NCBI GenBank assembly: GCA_046300175.1
Contig: JBKCMS010000066.1
Coordinates: 1-60,585 of the forward strand
Direction: 5' to 3'
Length of the DNA: 60,585 nt
Source of the DNA: Pseudomonadota bacterium
Lineage (GTDB): Bacteria > Bdellovibrionota_C > UBA2361 > OMII01
The notes under the pieces are model-generated. The model searched no databases. It saw nothing but the letters and a program-made list of their open reading frames with translations, and was not told the origin of the DNA. Of the stretch, positions 17,773-27,005 are shown piece after piece; position 1 is the stretch's first letter; each line of letters starts with the position of its first letter. A program made the translations under genes and the position numbers.

Positions 17773-18430
17773 TCTTAATGGCGATCCAGAGGTCCAGTAA
17801 CAGACTCCATTTGCGGATATATAGTATATCGAGGCCGAGCTTACGTCTGTAGCCATGAACTCCGTCAGGGTAGCCCTGAATCACCTGTGCGAGTCCGGTG
17901 AGTCCAGCCTTGGTCCCGAGGCGTTGATGAAACCGGGGAATCGATAAGGCAAGCTCTTCGGCGATCTCGGGGCGCTCAGGGCGTGGCCCTATAAGTGACA
18001 TATCACCGGCGATTACATTGAAGAGCTGAGGTAGCTCATCGAGTCGTGTTTTTCTTAAGAAGCGGCCGATCGGTGTTACGCGCGCGTCTCCCTGTGTTGC
18101 CAACTGCGCTTCTCCGGTTTGCTCTGCGTCTACTCGCATCGAGCGAAACTTCCAGATGGTGAAACGTCGCCCGCCTTGAGTCAGTCGTTCCTGACTGTAG
18201 AGTACCGGTCCGGGTGATGTGAGCTTGATCGCTAATGCCACACCACTCATAACAGGTGCGAGCATGATCAGGAGTGCGCACCCGCCAGCTATATCGATTC
18301 CACGCTTGATCACAGCTTGGCAGGATACTTGCGCTGTTCGATGACACGACGCCTCAGCAGTATCGAGATTGTAGACATGAGTTAGATCAAGATTTGCGGT
18401 ATGCCCAGCGGGCGTAAATAGGGGAGTCAT
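17735..18430 (-). CDS. priming sugar transferase (phosphoglycosyl transferase)
   Basis: KRGIDI, KFRSM, RVTPIGRFLRKTRLDELPQLFNV, GPRPE, GLTGLAQV. Confidence 0.93.
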   Translation of the reverse strand: MTPLFTPAGHTANLDLTHVYNLDTAEASCHRTAQVSCQAVIKRGIDIAGGCALLIMLAPVMSGVALAIKLTSPGPVLYSQERLTQGGRRFTIWKFRSMRVDAEQTGEAQLATQGDARVTPIGRFLRKTRLDELPQLFNVIAGDMSLIGPRPERPEIAEELALSIPRFHQRLGTKAGLTGLAQVIQGYPDGVHGYRRKLGLDILYIRKWSLLLDLWIAIKTIGVVLSGSGAR

Positions 18431-18518
18431 AAATATTTTCACCAAAGAAGCGCTCGCTGTATCGGTGATCACAGCGATGTTGTTGAAGCGATTGTACATT
18501 AGGTGCGGTAGGTTAATT

Positions 18519-19628
18519 ATGCGTACAGTCATTCTCTATAACTCTTCTTGGTATGTCTTTCTGCTTAGACAGAATCTAATTAGGTCGCTGCAATCGGCCG
18601 GACACACCGTAACCGTTATTGCGCCGGAAGATCGATACACTGAGCGTGTTAAGCGTCTGGGTGTTAATTTCGTTCCGATCGCGATGCACGGTAGTGGCAG
18701 CTCTCCGATTGAGGAGGCAGTGACTATAGCAGATGTATACCGGGCGCTCCGAAAGGTGCGAGCTGATGTTGTTCTTTCATTTACGGTGAAATGCAACCTC
18801 TACGCAGGATTGTGTCGTAGGATGCTTGACTTTAGACACGTTGCTAATGTGTCTGGACTTGGGGATATATTTAATACAGGGCCGGCAGTTCGTAGAGGGG
18901 TTTATCTGCTCTATCGGGTTGCATTAGCGCGGACACACTTAATCTTTTTTCAAAACGTAGAAGACCAGGAACGCCTGTGTGCGAGTGGGGCAGTTGATAG
19001 GAATCGCACGCGTGTTATCCCTGGCTCAGGGGTTGATCTGGAAAGATTTATGCCAGCTCAAAGATCGCACCGGCGACAGCGCGCGTTTCTTATGTTTGGT
19101 AGATTACTACCACAGAAGGGCTTTGACAGTTTCATCGAAGCTGCTCGCGAGCTGCGCCACAGATTCGAAGATCGAGTTGCCTTCTGGGTCCTGGGCGCAG
19201 TAGATCAATCACGCAACGAGTCACTTAGGCTGCTGCAGCGGATTAATGAGGCTCATGCGGATGGTATCATCCGTTACCTCGATTCAACTGATGATCCGCT
19301 GCCTTTTATTCGTGAAGCAGATGTAGTGGTGTTACCATCCACTTACAATGAGGGGGTTCCTCGTTCTCTCCTTGAGGCACTGGCATGCGGCAAGCCGGTC
19401 GTAACAACTGATTGGAAGGGTTGCCGGGATACTGTAGAGCATGAGGGTAATGGACTGCTCGTGAGACCAAATGATACAGCATCCCTGATTGATGCTCTCG
19501 GCTCCCTTGCAACGTGTGATATCGGTATGCTTGAGCGCTTAGGTCGTCGAAGTAGACACGTTGCAGAACAGCGCTTTGATGAGCGCATAGTACTAAACGC
19601 CTACCTAGAGTCTTTATCTCCGTGCTAA
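18519..19628 (+). CDS. glycosyltransferase family 4
   Basis: FFQNVED, PGSGVDL, GRLLPQKG, EGVPRSLLEA, GCRDTV. Confidence 0.92.
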   Translation: MRTVILYNSSWYVFLLRQNLIRSLQSAGHTVTVIAPEDRYTERVKRLGVNFVPIAMHGSGSSPIEEAVTIADVYRALRKVRADVVLSFTVKCNLYAGLCRRMLDFRHVANVSGLGDIFNTGPAVRRGVYLLYRVALARTHLIFFQNVEDQERLCASGAVDRNRTRVIPGSGVDLERFMPAQRSHRRQRAFLMFGRLLPQKGFDSFIEAARELRHRFEDRVAFWVLGAVDQSRNESLRLLQRINEAHADGIIRYLDSTDDPLPFIREADVVVLPSTYNEGVPRSLLEALACGKPVVTTDWKGCRDTVEHEGNGLLVRPNDTASLIDALGSLATCDIGMLERLGRRSRHVAEQRFDERIVLNAYLESLSPC

Positions 19629-19674
19629 ACCCAGAGCGAGTGAATTCTGATTAAAATCACTCGCGCAGGGTTTA
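19626..19674. repeat. 49-bp palindrome, family B short form
   Basis: TAAACCCAGAGCGAGTGA..TCACTCGCGCAGGGTTTA; its TAA is the stop codon of the glycosyltransferase; lies between convergent genes. Confidence 0.8.
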
Positions 19675-19739
19675 TTTAAAGATGAAGCATGAACCACAAC
19701 CTGTAAAATCGGTGATTAGTTACAAAAACAGGTGAGTGG

Positions 19740-22151
19740 TTACACGCACCCATAATTGCTACCGTACGCCACCAGCTTTTGTGCGCCGTTGGAGTAAGAG
19801 GCGCCGTTTAAGACGGTACCGATGACGCGGGCCTTAACCCTCGATAATTTACTGCGGGCTTCGCGGGCTATCGGTCGTGGAGTTTTACCGCTGCGCACTA
19901 CCATCAGAACGCTATCAACCATTCGCGAGACGAGCAGCGCATCGGCCACAGCCATGATAGGGGGGCTGTCGACCAGAATGAAATCGTAGCGATCTTTTAG
20001 TCCGGCTAGGAGTCGCTTCATGCTCTCAGACCCGACCAGCTCAGCCGGGTTGGGGGGACGGGCGGCAACGGGTAGCAGATCAAGGTTTGCAACGCCTGTA
20101 GGATGGATCACGTGCTCGAGTGGGTACTGAGCCGTAAGAAGTTCGCTTAGACCCGGCCCGATCGGTTGGTTGCCGTAGAACAGGGTCGTCAGCCCTGCCA
20201 TTCGCAGATCGGCGTCGATCATCAGTGTGCGGTGATTAGCCTGTGCAAGCGTGACGGCCAGATTTGAAAGAATAGTGGTCTTTCCCTCGCCCTGAATTGA
20301 ACTGGCAACAAGGATTATTCGAGGGGGATAGTCTGCTGATGAGAGGAGCACGTTTGCACGAATGGTTCGAAGAGCTTCAGCAATCGCCGTGTGTGGAGCA
20401 GAGATCGTAACCAGCTCGTGCTTCGAAGAGAGTGCGCTTTGCGGTAATGCTGTCTGTCCGTGCGTTGGATTATTAGAAGGGTCGGGCTCTGTTGGAGGAT
20501 CTAAGTCAGATGGCCGATTGTTTGTTGAATCCTCGGAGGTAGTATGCCGGGGCAGTGCTCTACTTCTTTCACGAGATGAAAGGGCGAAGTCTGGAACGGT
20601 ACCAAGAATTGGAAGGTCAAGCGCTTGATGCACATCTTCGGAAGATGTGATTGTATCGGCCAGTGACTCTAATAGATATGCCATTAAAACTCCACCGCTT
20701 AAGCCGACAAGTGCGGCGAGAATAACTATCAGTTTCGTCTTAGGGCCGCTGGCAGAGGTTGGAAGAGCCGCGTAATCAGCCACAAAGACGTTTGATGTTG
20801 TTACCGCAGCACTCATTTCTATCTCCTTGACCTGCTTGAGCACCGCTTGATAAAGATCTCGCAGAGAAGAGGCCTCCTTACTCAAGACGTCGTATTGTAT
20901 GAGTTTCCTCGATACCTCCTGAGCTTTGGCTTTCTCTGCTTCAATTTGCTCGCGGAGAGAAGTTTCTGCGTTGTAATCAGCATTAAATTGGCTCTGAAGA
21001 GCCTGTAACCCCTGTCGGCGCTCATCTTTAATGGCCCGTCTAAGAGCTGTTATCTTCGCCTGTAGCTCGCGCATACCTGGGTAGGCTGCGGTCACTTGAC
21101 TGCCCAAGCTGGCATATTCGGTCTCTGATTGCTTGAGAGCAGTTCTGAGCTGCTGCGTTATATCACTATCAAAAAATGTGCCTTCATCATCCTTTTGCTG
21201 CTGGGCCTGCTGGAGAGCGCTTTCGGATTTGATTCGCCGCCCAGTTGCATCAGCTAGCATCTGCGCTAGTGATTCAACATGGCGATGGTTGAGGCTGGCT
21301 CCGTCGTTATTACGCACCAGTAGCAGTTTGTTTGCAGCGGCATATGAGCTAAGTTGCTCATCTGCCAGGCTGACCTTAGAACGAAGAGCTTCTCCCTGTG
21401 CTCGCAGGAGTTGTATATTTGATTGAATCGCCCCTTGCCGCTCACGCTTTAAGTGTTCGATAAACTCGGTAGCGTGGAGATTGGCGATCTTCTGCGAGAG
21501 CGTTTTGTCGGTTGTAGTGGCCCTGATGTGCACCAAGTTTGTCTCGTGGACCGGTTCGATATCGATTAGTGAGAGGTATCGGTTGATCTCCGAGGGGGAG
21601 TGCTGAAAGTAGCCACCACCCTTGGCCAGCGATTCGGCAGTGCTAGAAACAGTAGCGCTAGAGACAGTAGGGCGTAGCGACCGCAGGCTTTTTCTGAGAA
21701 GTGAAAGCGGAGAGCGCTGCGTCATCCAGTAGTTGCGCAGGTCATGTGCCAGACGGTTGCGGGCCAGAACCTGATCAGCAAGGCCCGTTAGCTTGAGCTT
21801 GGCAACTGTTGTTTTTAAGTACTCGACCTTCCGTGAATCACTGCCGAATAGGTTCTCGGATTGGATCGATGCCAACACCGGAGCGTGGCCGCGTAGCTCG
21901 ATGGTGGTATCGGCTGTGAATGAGGCAGGTGTCGCCAAACAGAACAGCAGTGCCAGGATGCCGGCCCCGAAGCTTGATAGGGCTACTAGTCGCCGACGTT
22001 TGCGGAGCACCGCTAGGTAGTGCGCCCATTCGTTTGGCTCTTTGTTTCCGTGTAGAGCGGTCGTCTCAATGCGAGGAATCGCAATGTAGGTCATCAATTC
22101 CGATTCATCGGGCGAGGGTATCAGATGGTGGTTATTTGAATGTAGACTCAT
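19740..22151 (-). CDS. Wzc-type polysaccharide co-polymerase/tyrosine autokinase
   Basis: Two TM helices flanking a coiled coil; EALRTIR, Walker A GEGKTT, IDADLR, ILVDSPP. Confidence 0.92.
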   Translation of the reverse strand: MSLHSNNHHLIPSPDESELMTYIAIPRIETTALHGNKEPNEWAHYLAVLRKRRRLVALSSFGAGILALLFCLATPASFTADTTIELRGHAPVLASIQSENLFGSDSRKVEYLKTTVAKLKLTGLADQVLARNRLAHDLRNYWMTQRSPLSLLRKSLRSLRPTVSSATVSSTAESLAKGGGYFQHSPSEINRYLSLIDIEPVHETNLVHIRATTTDKTLSQKIANLHATEFIEHLKRERQGAIQSNIQLLRAQGEALRSKVSLADEQLSSYAAANKLLLVRNNDGASLNHRHVESLAQMLADATGRRIKSESALQQAQQQKDDEGTFFDSDITQQLRTALKQSETEYASLGSQVTAAYPGMRELQAKITALRRAIKDERRQGLQALQSQFNADYNAETSLREQIEAEKAKAQEVSRKLIQYDVLSKEASSLRDLYQAVLKQVKEIEMSAAVTTSNVFVADYAALPTSASGPKTKLIVILAALVGLSGGVLMAYLLESLADTITSSEDVHQALDLPILGTVPDFALSSRERSRALPRHTTSEDSTNNRPSDLDPPTEPDPSNNPTHGQTALPQSALSSKHELVTISAPHTAIAEALRTIRANVLLSSADYPPRIILVASSIQGEGKTTILSNLAVTLAQANHRTLMIDADLRMAGLTTLFYGNQPIGPGLSELLTAQYPLEHVIHPTGVANLDLLPVAARPPNPAELVGSESMKRLLAGLKDRYDFILVDSPPIMAVADALLVSRMVDSVLMVVRSGKTPRPIAREARSKLSRVKARVIGTVLNGASYSNGAQKLVAYGSNYGCV

Positions 22152-22160
22152 CTTTTAGCT

Positions 22161-23480
22161 CTAGTTTATCCGTTGGTTGACTCCGACACCGTTGAAGATG
22201 CCATTAATGGTCTCTACTATCTGGCGCTTAATGAATCGGCTGGAGTGGCTCGGCACCCGAACAAGATCACCATTACGAAGTCTCACGTCGCGAGCACCTC
22301 GTAGTCCAACCTCCTCGAGGTCGAGGGTTATCAAGGCTTTGCGGCCTGAACCGATGTCACGGATGACCTCGACGTTATTGACATCTGCGGAGTAGGTAAA
22401 CCCTTTGGCCGCCGCAATTGCACCGATAACAGATGTGCGCCCGGCTAATTTGAATGAGCCAGGTGTTACAACCTCACCGTCTACTTCATAACTACCGGCC
22501 TCTGGCACGATGATAGTGTCTCCCGGAATCAACGGAACAACGAGTGGGCGTTTGTCGATCGTGCCCATGAGGTCCTCCATGTCGATCTCAATCCCACTGG
22601 CTGCTTCGGGTGCCGAGTGCCCCACGAGGGACACCCGTGGTACGGAGTTGTTCTTGGGTGCTGAGACCTGCAGCCGCGGGGAGGGAAGAAGTACGATCCG
22701 TGTGCCTGCGGCGGGAGTGCGTCCGCCTGCCTCGCTGAGGAGCTCAGTGAGTACGATCCCGCGGCGAGTTAGCGGATAGCTGCCGGGCTTATTGACCTCT
22801 CCAATAACTGAGACTTTATTGGTGGAAAATGTTTTTAGGGACACGATTACCTGTGGTGAGCGGATAAAATGAGCATAGCGACGCGACAGCGCTGTCTGAA
22901 CATCCTCAACTGCCAGCCCGCCGACCGGTACTCTGCCTACCAGAGGAAGGATAATTGAACCATCTGGGGCGACGGCAGTGTTAGCGGTAAGGTTATTGAA
23001 TCCGAATACAGAAACATCCAATACGTCTCCGGTTCCAACCGGGTAGCCCGATTGCGTATTAGATTGATCAAGGAGGTGAGCCCGCTCAGCGAGTAGGGAT
23101 TCGGTCCTCTCAGTGAGGGTATTTTCGTAGCGCTGGAAGTCTTCCGCGCTCCCAAGCGCTTCCTGCCCGTTGCTATCAGTAGCAGCGCGACTATCCAGCT
23201 CCTTGTGAGACGGGGTATAGCGTAGGCACCCAGTTGATAGAAGTATTAAAGAGATAAAAAGTAAACATCTGAGGAGACCTCCATTTCTTTCAGGTCTTTT
23301 TTGGCTAATTTTGATTACTTTAGCGCACCTTGTCGGACGGATGGCTGATTCGGTGGTTTGCTCTCTGCTGGTTGTAAGGCGGTTATTTGCTCTGTCGTTT
23401 AATCTAATCATAGGTGCTAGAAGCTTCATATCGCTGGCGTCCGTAATTATTGAATGGGTGCTTACTAAGGAGTAGGACAA
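22161..23480 (-). CDS. Wza-type polysaccharide export lipoprotein (true start probably downstream of the ORF start)
   Basis: Lipobox LLSTGC, YPVGTGDVLDVSVF, DGSIILPLVG, SLBB repeats (GEVNKPGSY). Confidence 0.88.
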   Translation of the reverse strand: MSYSLVSTHSIITDASDMKLLAPMIRLNDRANNRLTTSREQTTESAIRPTRCAKVIKISQKRPERNGGLLRCLLFISLILLSTGCLRYTPSHKELDSRAATDSNGQEALGSAEDFQRYENTLTERTESLLAERAHLLDQSNTQSGYPVGTGDVLDVSVFGFNNLTANTAVAPDGSIILPLVGRVPVGGLAVEDVQTALSRRYAHFIRSPQVIVSLKTFSTNKVSVIGEVNKPGSYPLTRRGIVLTELLSEAGGRTPAAGTRIVLLPSPRLQVSAPKNNSVPRVSLVGHSAPEAASGIEIDMEDLMGTIDKRPLVVPLIPGDTIIVPEAGSYEVDGEVVTPGSFKLAGRTSVIGAIAAAKGFTYSADVNNVEVIRDIGSGRKALITLDLEEVGLRGARDVRLRNGDLVRVPSHSSRFIKRQIVETINGIFNGVGVNQRIN

Positions 23481-23653
23481 CCTTTAGTAAGGGAGATGTA
23501 TAATGGATCGATTAGCTTGTTTGCGGGGATAACAGCCATCAGTGCGCGACACACTCCATGTAGTCTCTTGAGCCAAGGTGATATGAAGTGATTGATTTTC
23601 GGTGATAGAAGCCGCAATATGGGACTGATTTAGGGGATCCATCTGGTGGCTGT

Positions 23654-24619
23654 ATGAAGAATGTTTTGGTGACAGGAGCAGCGGGGTTTATAGGTTCTTA
23701 CGTGGCCGAGGCACTGCTACAACGTGGCGATACAGTCGTAGGAGTAGACAACCTTAATGACTACTATCCCGTAGCATTTAAGCGCGAAAACATTTCGCTA
23801 CTCTCAAAGTACCCGCGGTTCTCTATCGTGCACGGTGATATCTCGGATCGTGCGGTAGTCGAATCACTCTACGGCTCTAACAACTTTACCCACGTGGCGC
23901 ACATTGCGGCCAGGGCAGGGGTACGACCATCGATCGTTGACCCGCTTCTTTATCAGCAGGCGAACATTCAGGCGACACTTAATTTACTTGAGTGTGCTGT
24001 TGGTAAGGGTGTCGAAAATTTCGTAATCACCTCTTCGTCCTCGGTCTACGGCAATTCGCAAGCGATACCATTCCGCGAGGAAGATTCGGCGACGGACAGA
24101 CCGATATCGCCGTACGCGGCTACGAAAAAAGCCACTGAGGTTTTGAGTTACACATACCACTCACTTTACCGATACAACGTAAATATTATACGCCCATTTA
24201 CCGTGTATGGGCCGCGTGGACGACCGGATATGGCTCCTTGGCTGTTTATCGAATCGGCGTTACTGGGTAGAACTATCAAAAAGTTCGGAGATGGAACCAC
24301 CCGTAGGGACTATACGTACATCGAGGACTTCGTTCGCGGCTTTGTTAACGCGCTAGACAGGGTATTTGGCTACGAGATATTTAATCTCGGTAATTCGGCG
24401 ACAGTATCGCTTAACGAAGCGCTCGATATCGTGCGCTCAGTAACCGGTAAAGAGCTGCAAATTGAGCAGCTTTCAAAGCAACCTGGTGACGTCGATATTA
24501 CCAATGCAGATATCTCAAAAGCTAAAAACCTTCTCGATTATGACCCTGCGACATCGTTTCATCAGGGAATGAAAAAGTTGTATGACTGGTATGTTTCTAA
24601 TCGATTAATAAGCCAGTGA
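23654..24619 (+). CDS. NAD-dependent epimerase (UDP-glucuronate 4-epimerase-like)
   Basis: TGAAGFIG, AARAGVRPS, SSSSVYG, YAATKK, FTVYGPRGRPDMA. Confidence 0.9.
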   Translation: MKNVLVTGAAGFIGSYVAEALLQRGDTVVGVDNLNDYYPVAFKRENISLLSKYPRFSIVHGDISDRAVVESLYGSNNFTHVAHIAARAGVRPSIVDPLLYQQANIQATLNLLECAVGKGVENFVITSSSSVYGNSQAIPFREEDSATDRPISPYAATKKATEVLSYTYHSLYRYNVNIIRPFTVYGPRGRPDMAPWLFIESALLGRTIKKFGDGTTRRDYTYIEDFVRGFVNALDRVFGYEIFNLGNSATVSLNEALDIVRSVTGKELQIEQLSKQPGDVDITNADISKAKNLLDYDPATSFHQGMKKLYDWYVSNRLISQ

Positions 24620-24650
24620 CGTGGTGGTGCGATTAGTTGGCGGTTGCGTG

Positions 24651-26060
24651 CTAACCAGACTGACTTACCCGTAGAGCCATTCGGTGAAGCCAATTCTCAA
24701 GCTCAGTGTAGCCATCCCCATCGGAATCAGTGAATAGCGATCGTGGCAGTCTAAGTCGCCGTGAGCGGCCAGGGGCAACTTTGGTCTCTCCAACTGCTCG
24801 CGAGCAGCCTTTCAGGCAGTCCTTTAGCGAGCCACCCCGGTATTCCACGTCTCGGACTATTCGTTGGTCGATCGTTGAGCGTTGTCTAGGTCTACTTCCC
24901 ACCTGCGTTAGCACCTGCTGGTACGCTGCCTGGCTACTTAAAGGGGTCCGCATGTCGGAGAGTAATGGGGGTATCTCCGCACGAAAGGTATCCTCGTCGA
25001 TGCTGGTGATCTCCCAGGGATGGTTTATTGTGTGACCTGGGCTAAGCAGTATGTTGTCATCGACGTATACTCGACTACTAGGAGCTAGTACGCTTGCATA
25101 GATCGGAGGGGCCATATAGCTCCACGGTGCTGGAATATAGATATTACCGACAAATGTTAAGCTTACAGGGTTTGGGGTTCCGTCGTGATTGGAGAGATTA
25201 CACAACGACCACCCACCGCGAGGACCCCAACCGTATACGACGTTGTTAATCATCTCAACGCTCGCGCCGGGTTTGATGTAAGGGTTACGCTCCTCGTTTG
25301 CAGCGATCAGGTTTTGGTAGAGGGTAATTCGTTTAGAATCGTTTCCTACCATGATGCCTTTGCTATGTGGCCCCTTGGGATGAATTGAGTTGTATAGACC
25401 CTCAGCGATCAGCGAGTGAGCCACAGTTACATCGTGGGTGGTAGGATAGGCAGTCGACACATTTTCATCGATCGCCCAGGTAACAGAGAGATGATCCAGA
25501 ACGATATTGTGTGCAGCAAGAGGGGCAGCTACCCCGACGGAGATGCCGTCACGAAATCGTGGCGAAACTCCATCGGGATGATCCCCGGGCCGGACGGCAA
25601 TGTGCTGAATGAGTACGTCGTGTGTCTCAAGGCTCAATCCTCCGCGAGAGAGTGTGATCCCGGGTGATGGGGCTGTTTGACCAGCGATGGTCAGGTAAGG
25701 TTTTCGGATACGCAGGATTGAACGCAATCTAATCTCACCTGAGATCTCAAATATGCATGTGCGCGGACCTCGGTCATCGATACACTCTCGCAGAGATCCA
25801 GGCCCAGAGTCAGCTAGGTTCACTACTCGGTATACACGGCTGCGGATCGGAGTGAGGTTGCGGCCACTACCCGCCGTGGTGTACGCACCAAATCCGCGTA
25901 CGTTGGGTAGAATTGGGGTCTTGTGCTCAGCCGCGATCGCCGGCACAGCTTCTCGTGAATGACTCTCCGGCATACCCTGATTTCCCCTCTGAGAAAAATG
26001 AGTAACAACCCAGAGCAGGGAAGCGGTCGTGAATGACAGCACAAGGCGATAGCAGGTCAT
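24651..26060 (-). CDS. secreted pectate lyase-like beta-helix protein (PL1-like)
   Basis: GFGAYT, DSGPGSLR, TIAGQTAP, LDHLSVTWAIDE, RNP motif, C-terminal DSDGDGYT. Confidence 0.85.
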   Translation of the reverse strand: MTCYRLVLSFTTASLLWVVTHFSQRGNQGMPESHSREAVPAIAAEHKTPILPNVRGFGAYTTAGSGRNLTPIRSRVYRVVNLADSGPGSLRECIDDRGPRTCIFEISGEIRLRSILRIRKPYLTIAGQTAPSPGITLSRGGLSLETHDVLIQHIAVRPGDHPDGVSPRFRDGISVGVAAPLAAHNIVLDHLSVTWAIDENVSTAYPTTHDVTVAHSLIAEGLYNSIHPKGPHSKGIMVGNDSKRITLYQNLIAANEERNPYIKPGASVEMINNVVYGWGPRGGWSLCNLSNHDGTPNPVSLTFVGNIYIPAPWSYMAPPIYASVLAPSSRVYVDDNILLSPGHTINHPWEITSIDEDTFRAEIPPLLSDMRTPLSSQAAYQQVLTQVGSRPRQRSTIDQRIVRDVEYRGGSLKDCLKGCSRAVGETKVAPGRSRRLRLPRSLFTDSDGDGYTELENWLHRMALRVSQSG

Positions 26061-26110
26061 CTGTCGATGAATAGCTTAACTGCTGGCGCGCAAGGATGAC
26101 AACAGACAGG

Positions 26111-26746
26111 CTAAGCTGACCGTTTTACCGATTTGCGAGAGGTTTTACCCCTAGGTGCGCCCTCGGTAGCATAGCCGGAAGCGCTAACTGTCCTGGAGCG
26201 GCTCCTCTTGCTAGCGATAACTGGAGCGTTTCCGGATGCCTCAAGGCGTCCCTGAATTAGTCTCTCCCCATTTGCAAAGCCGGTGGAGGCTTTTGTGTCC
26301 CCAATTGAATCCCAGGCTACATCCAGGTTGTCATCTAGCTGACATGTGGCCATAGCCAGTTGCCTAATTTGTAGCGCTTCCTCGCGGGTGAGTAGGGTCG
26401 ACTTAACGAAGAACTTTAGTGACTCCTTAGCAGCGCGTTCTGCTGAGGGCACCCGTTCAGATTGAGGCTTGTCGGCCATGTTTAATTTAAAAGCGGATTT
26501 AAAATCATTTGCTACGGCGCTTCCGTAACGGTTAAAGATCAGCTGGTAGGCAGCAGCGGCAAAAAGTTCCTCTTCATTTACCTTGCCGGGTTGGAAGGTG
26601 TTGCCGAGTAAGTCCCTCAAAGTCCGGCCAAACTCCGTTGTGGGAGATGTGCTCCGAGACGGCATTCTCTGCTGATTTCTAACGGTTAGCGCTTCCTGGG
26701 TCGACTCCCTGCGCTGTGTTGCGGCACTTTTTGATGATACCTTCAT
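26111..26746 (-). CDS. hypothetical protein
   Basis: Globular core (VNEEELFAA..QLDDN) between basic low-complexity ends; ATG at 26746. Confidence 0.65.
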   Translation of the reverse strand: MKVSSKSAATQRRESTQEALTVRNQQRMPSRSTSPTTEFGRTLRDLLGNTFQPGKVNEEELFAAAAYQLIFNRYGSAVANDFKSAFKLNMADKPQSERVPSAERAAKESLKFFVKSTLLTREEALQIRQLAMATCQLDDNLDVAWDSIGDTKASTGFANGERLIQGRLEASGNAPVIASKRSRSRTVSASGYATEGAPRGKTSRKSVKRSA

Positions 26747-27005
26747 GGCGGTCTTCCTTGCTCGTAACGGCGTGACAGCAAATCCTCTTGGCAAGTAGAG
26801 CAATCTTGGTGCCAAAAGCCAACCGCCGCCTTAGGCGGTTCTAAGGTTTGCCTGTTCCAGCTTGGGGTGGACATTCCTAAGCCTTGTGCAATAGGTAGTT
26901 TAAAGGATAATGATGCGGGTCGTGACACGTGGCAGCCGGTTGAGTACAATCGGGGAAGTGCGTGGTTTTTTGCGGCGGAAGCCTAATTTAAAGAGGTAGA
27001 ATCGT

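Noticed and set aside
12701-26060. EPS locus as an island integrated at tRNA-Arg
   Set aside because: No duplicated tRNA 3' end or integrase found by eye.
26820-27005. glmS ribozyme upstream of glmS
   Set aside because: The conserved core (AGCGCC..GACGAGG) is not visible; only a short hairpin at 26821-26840.
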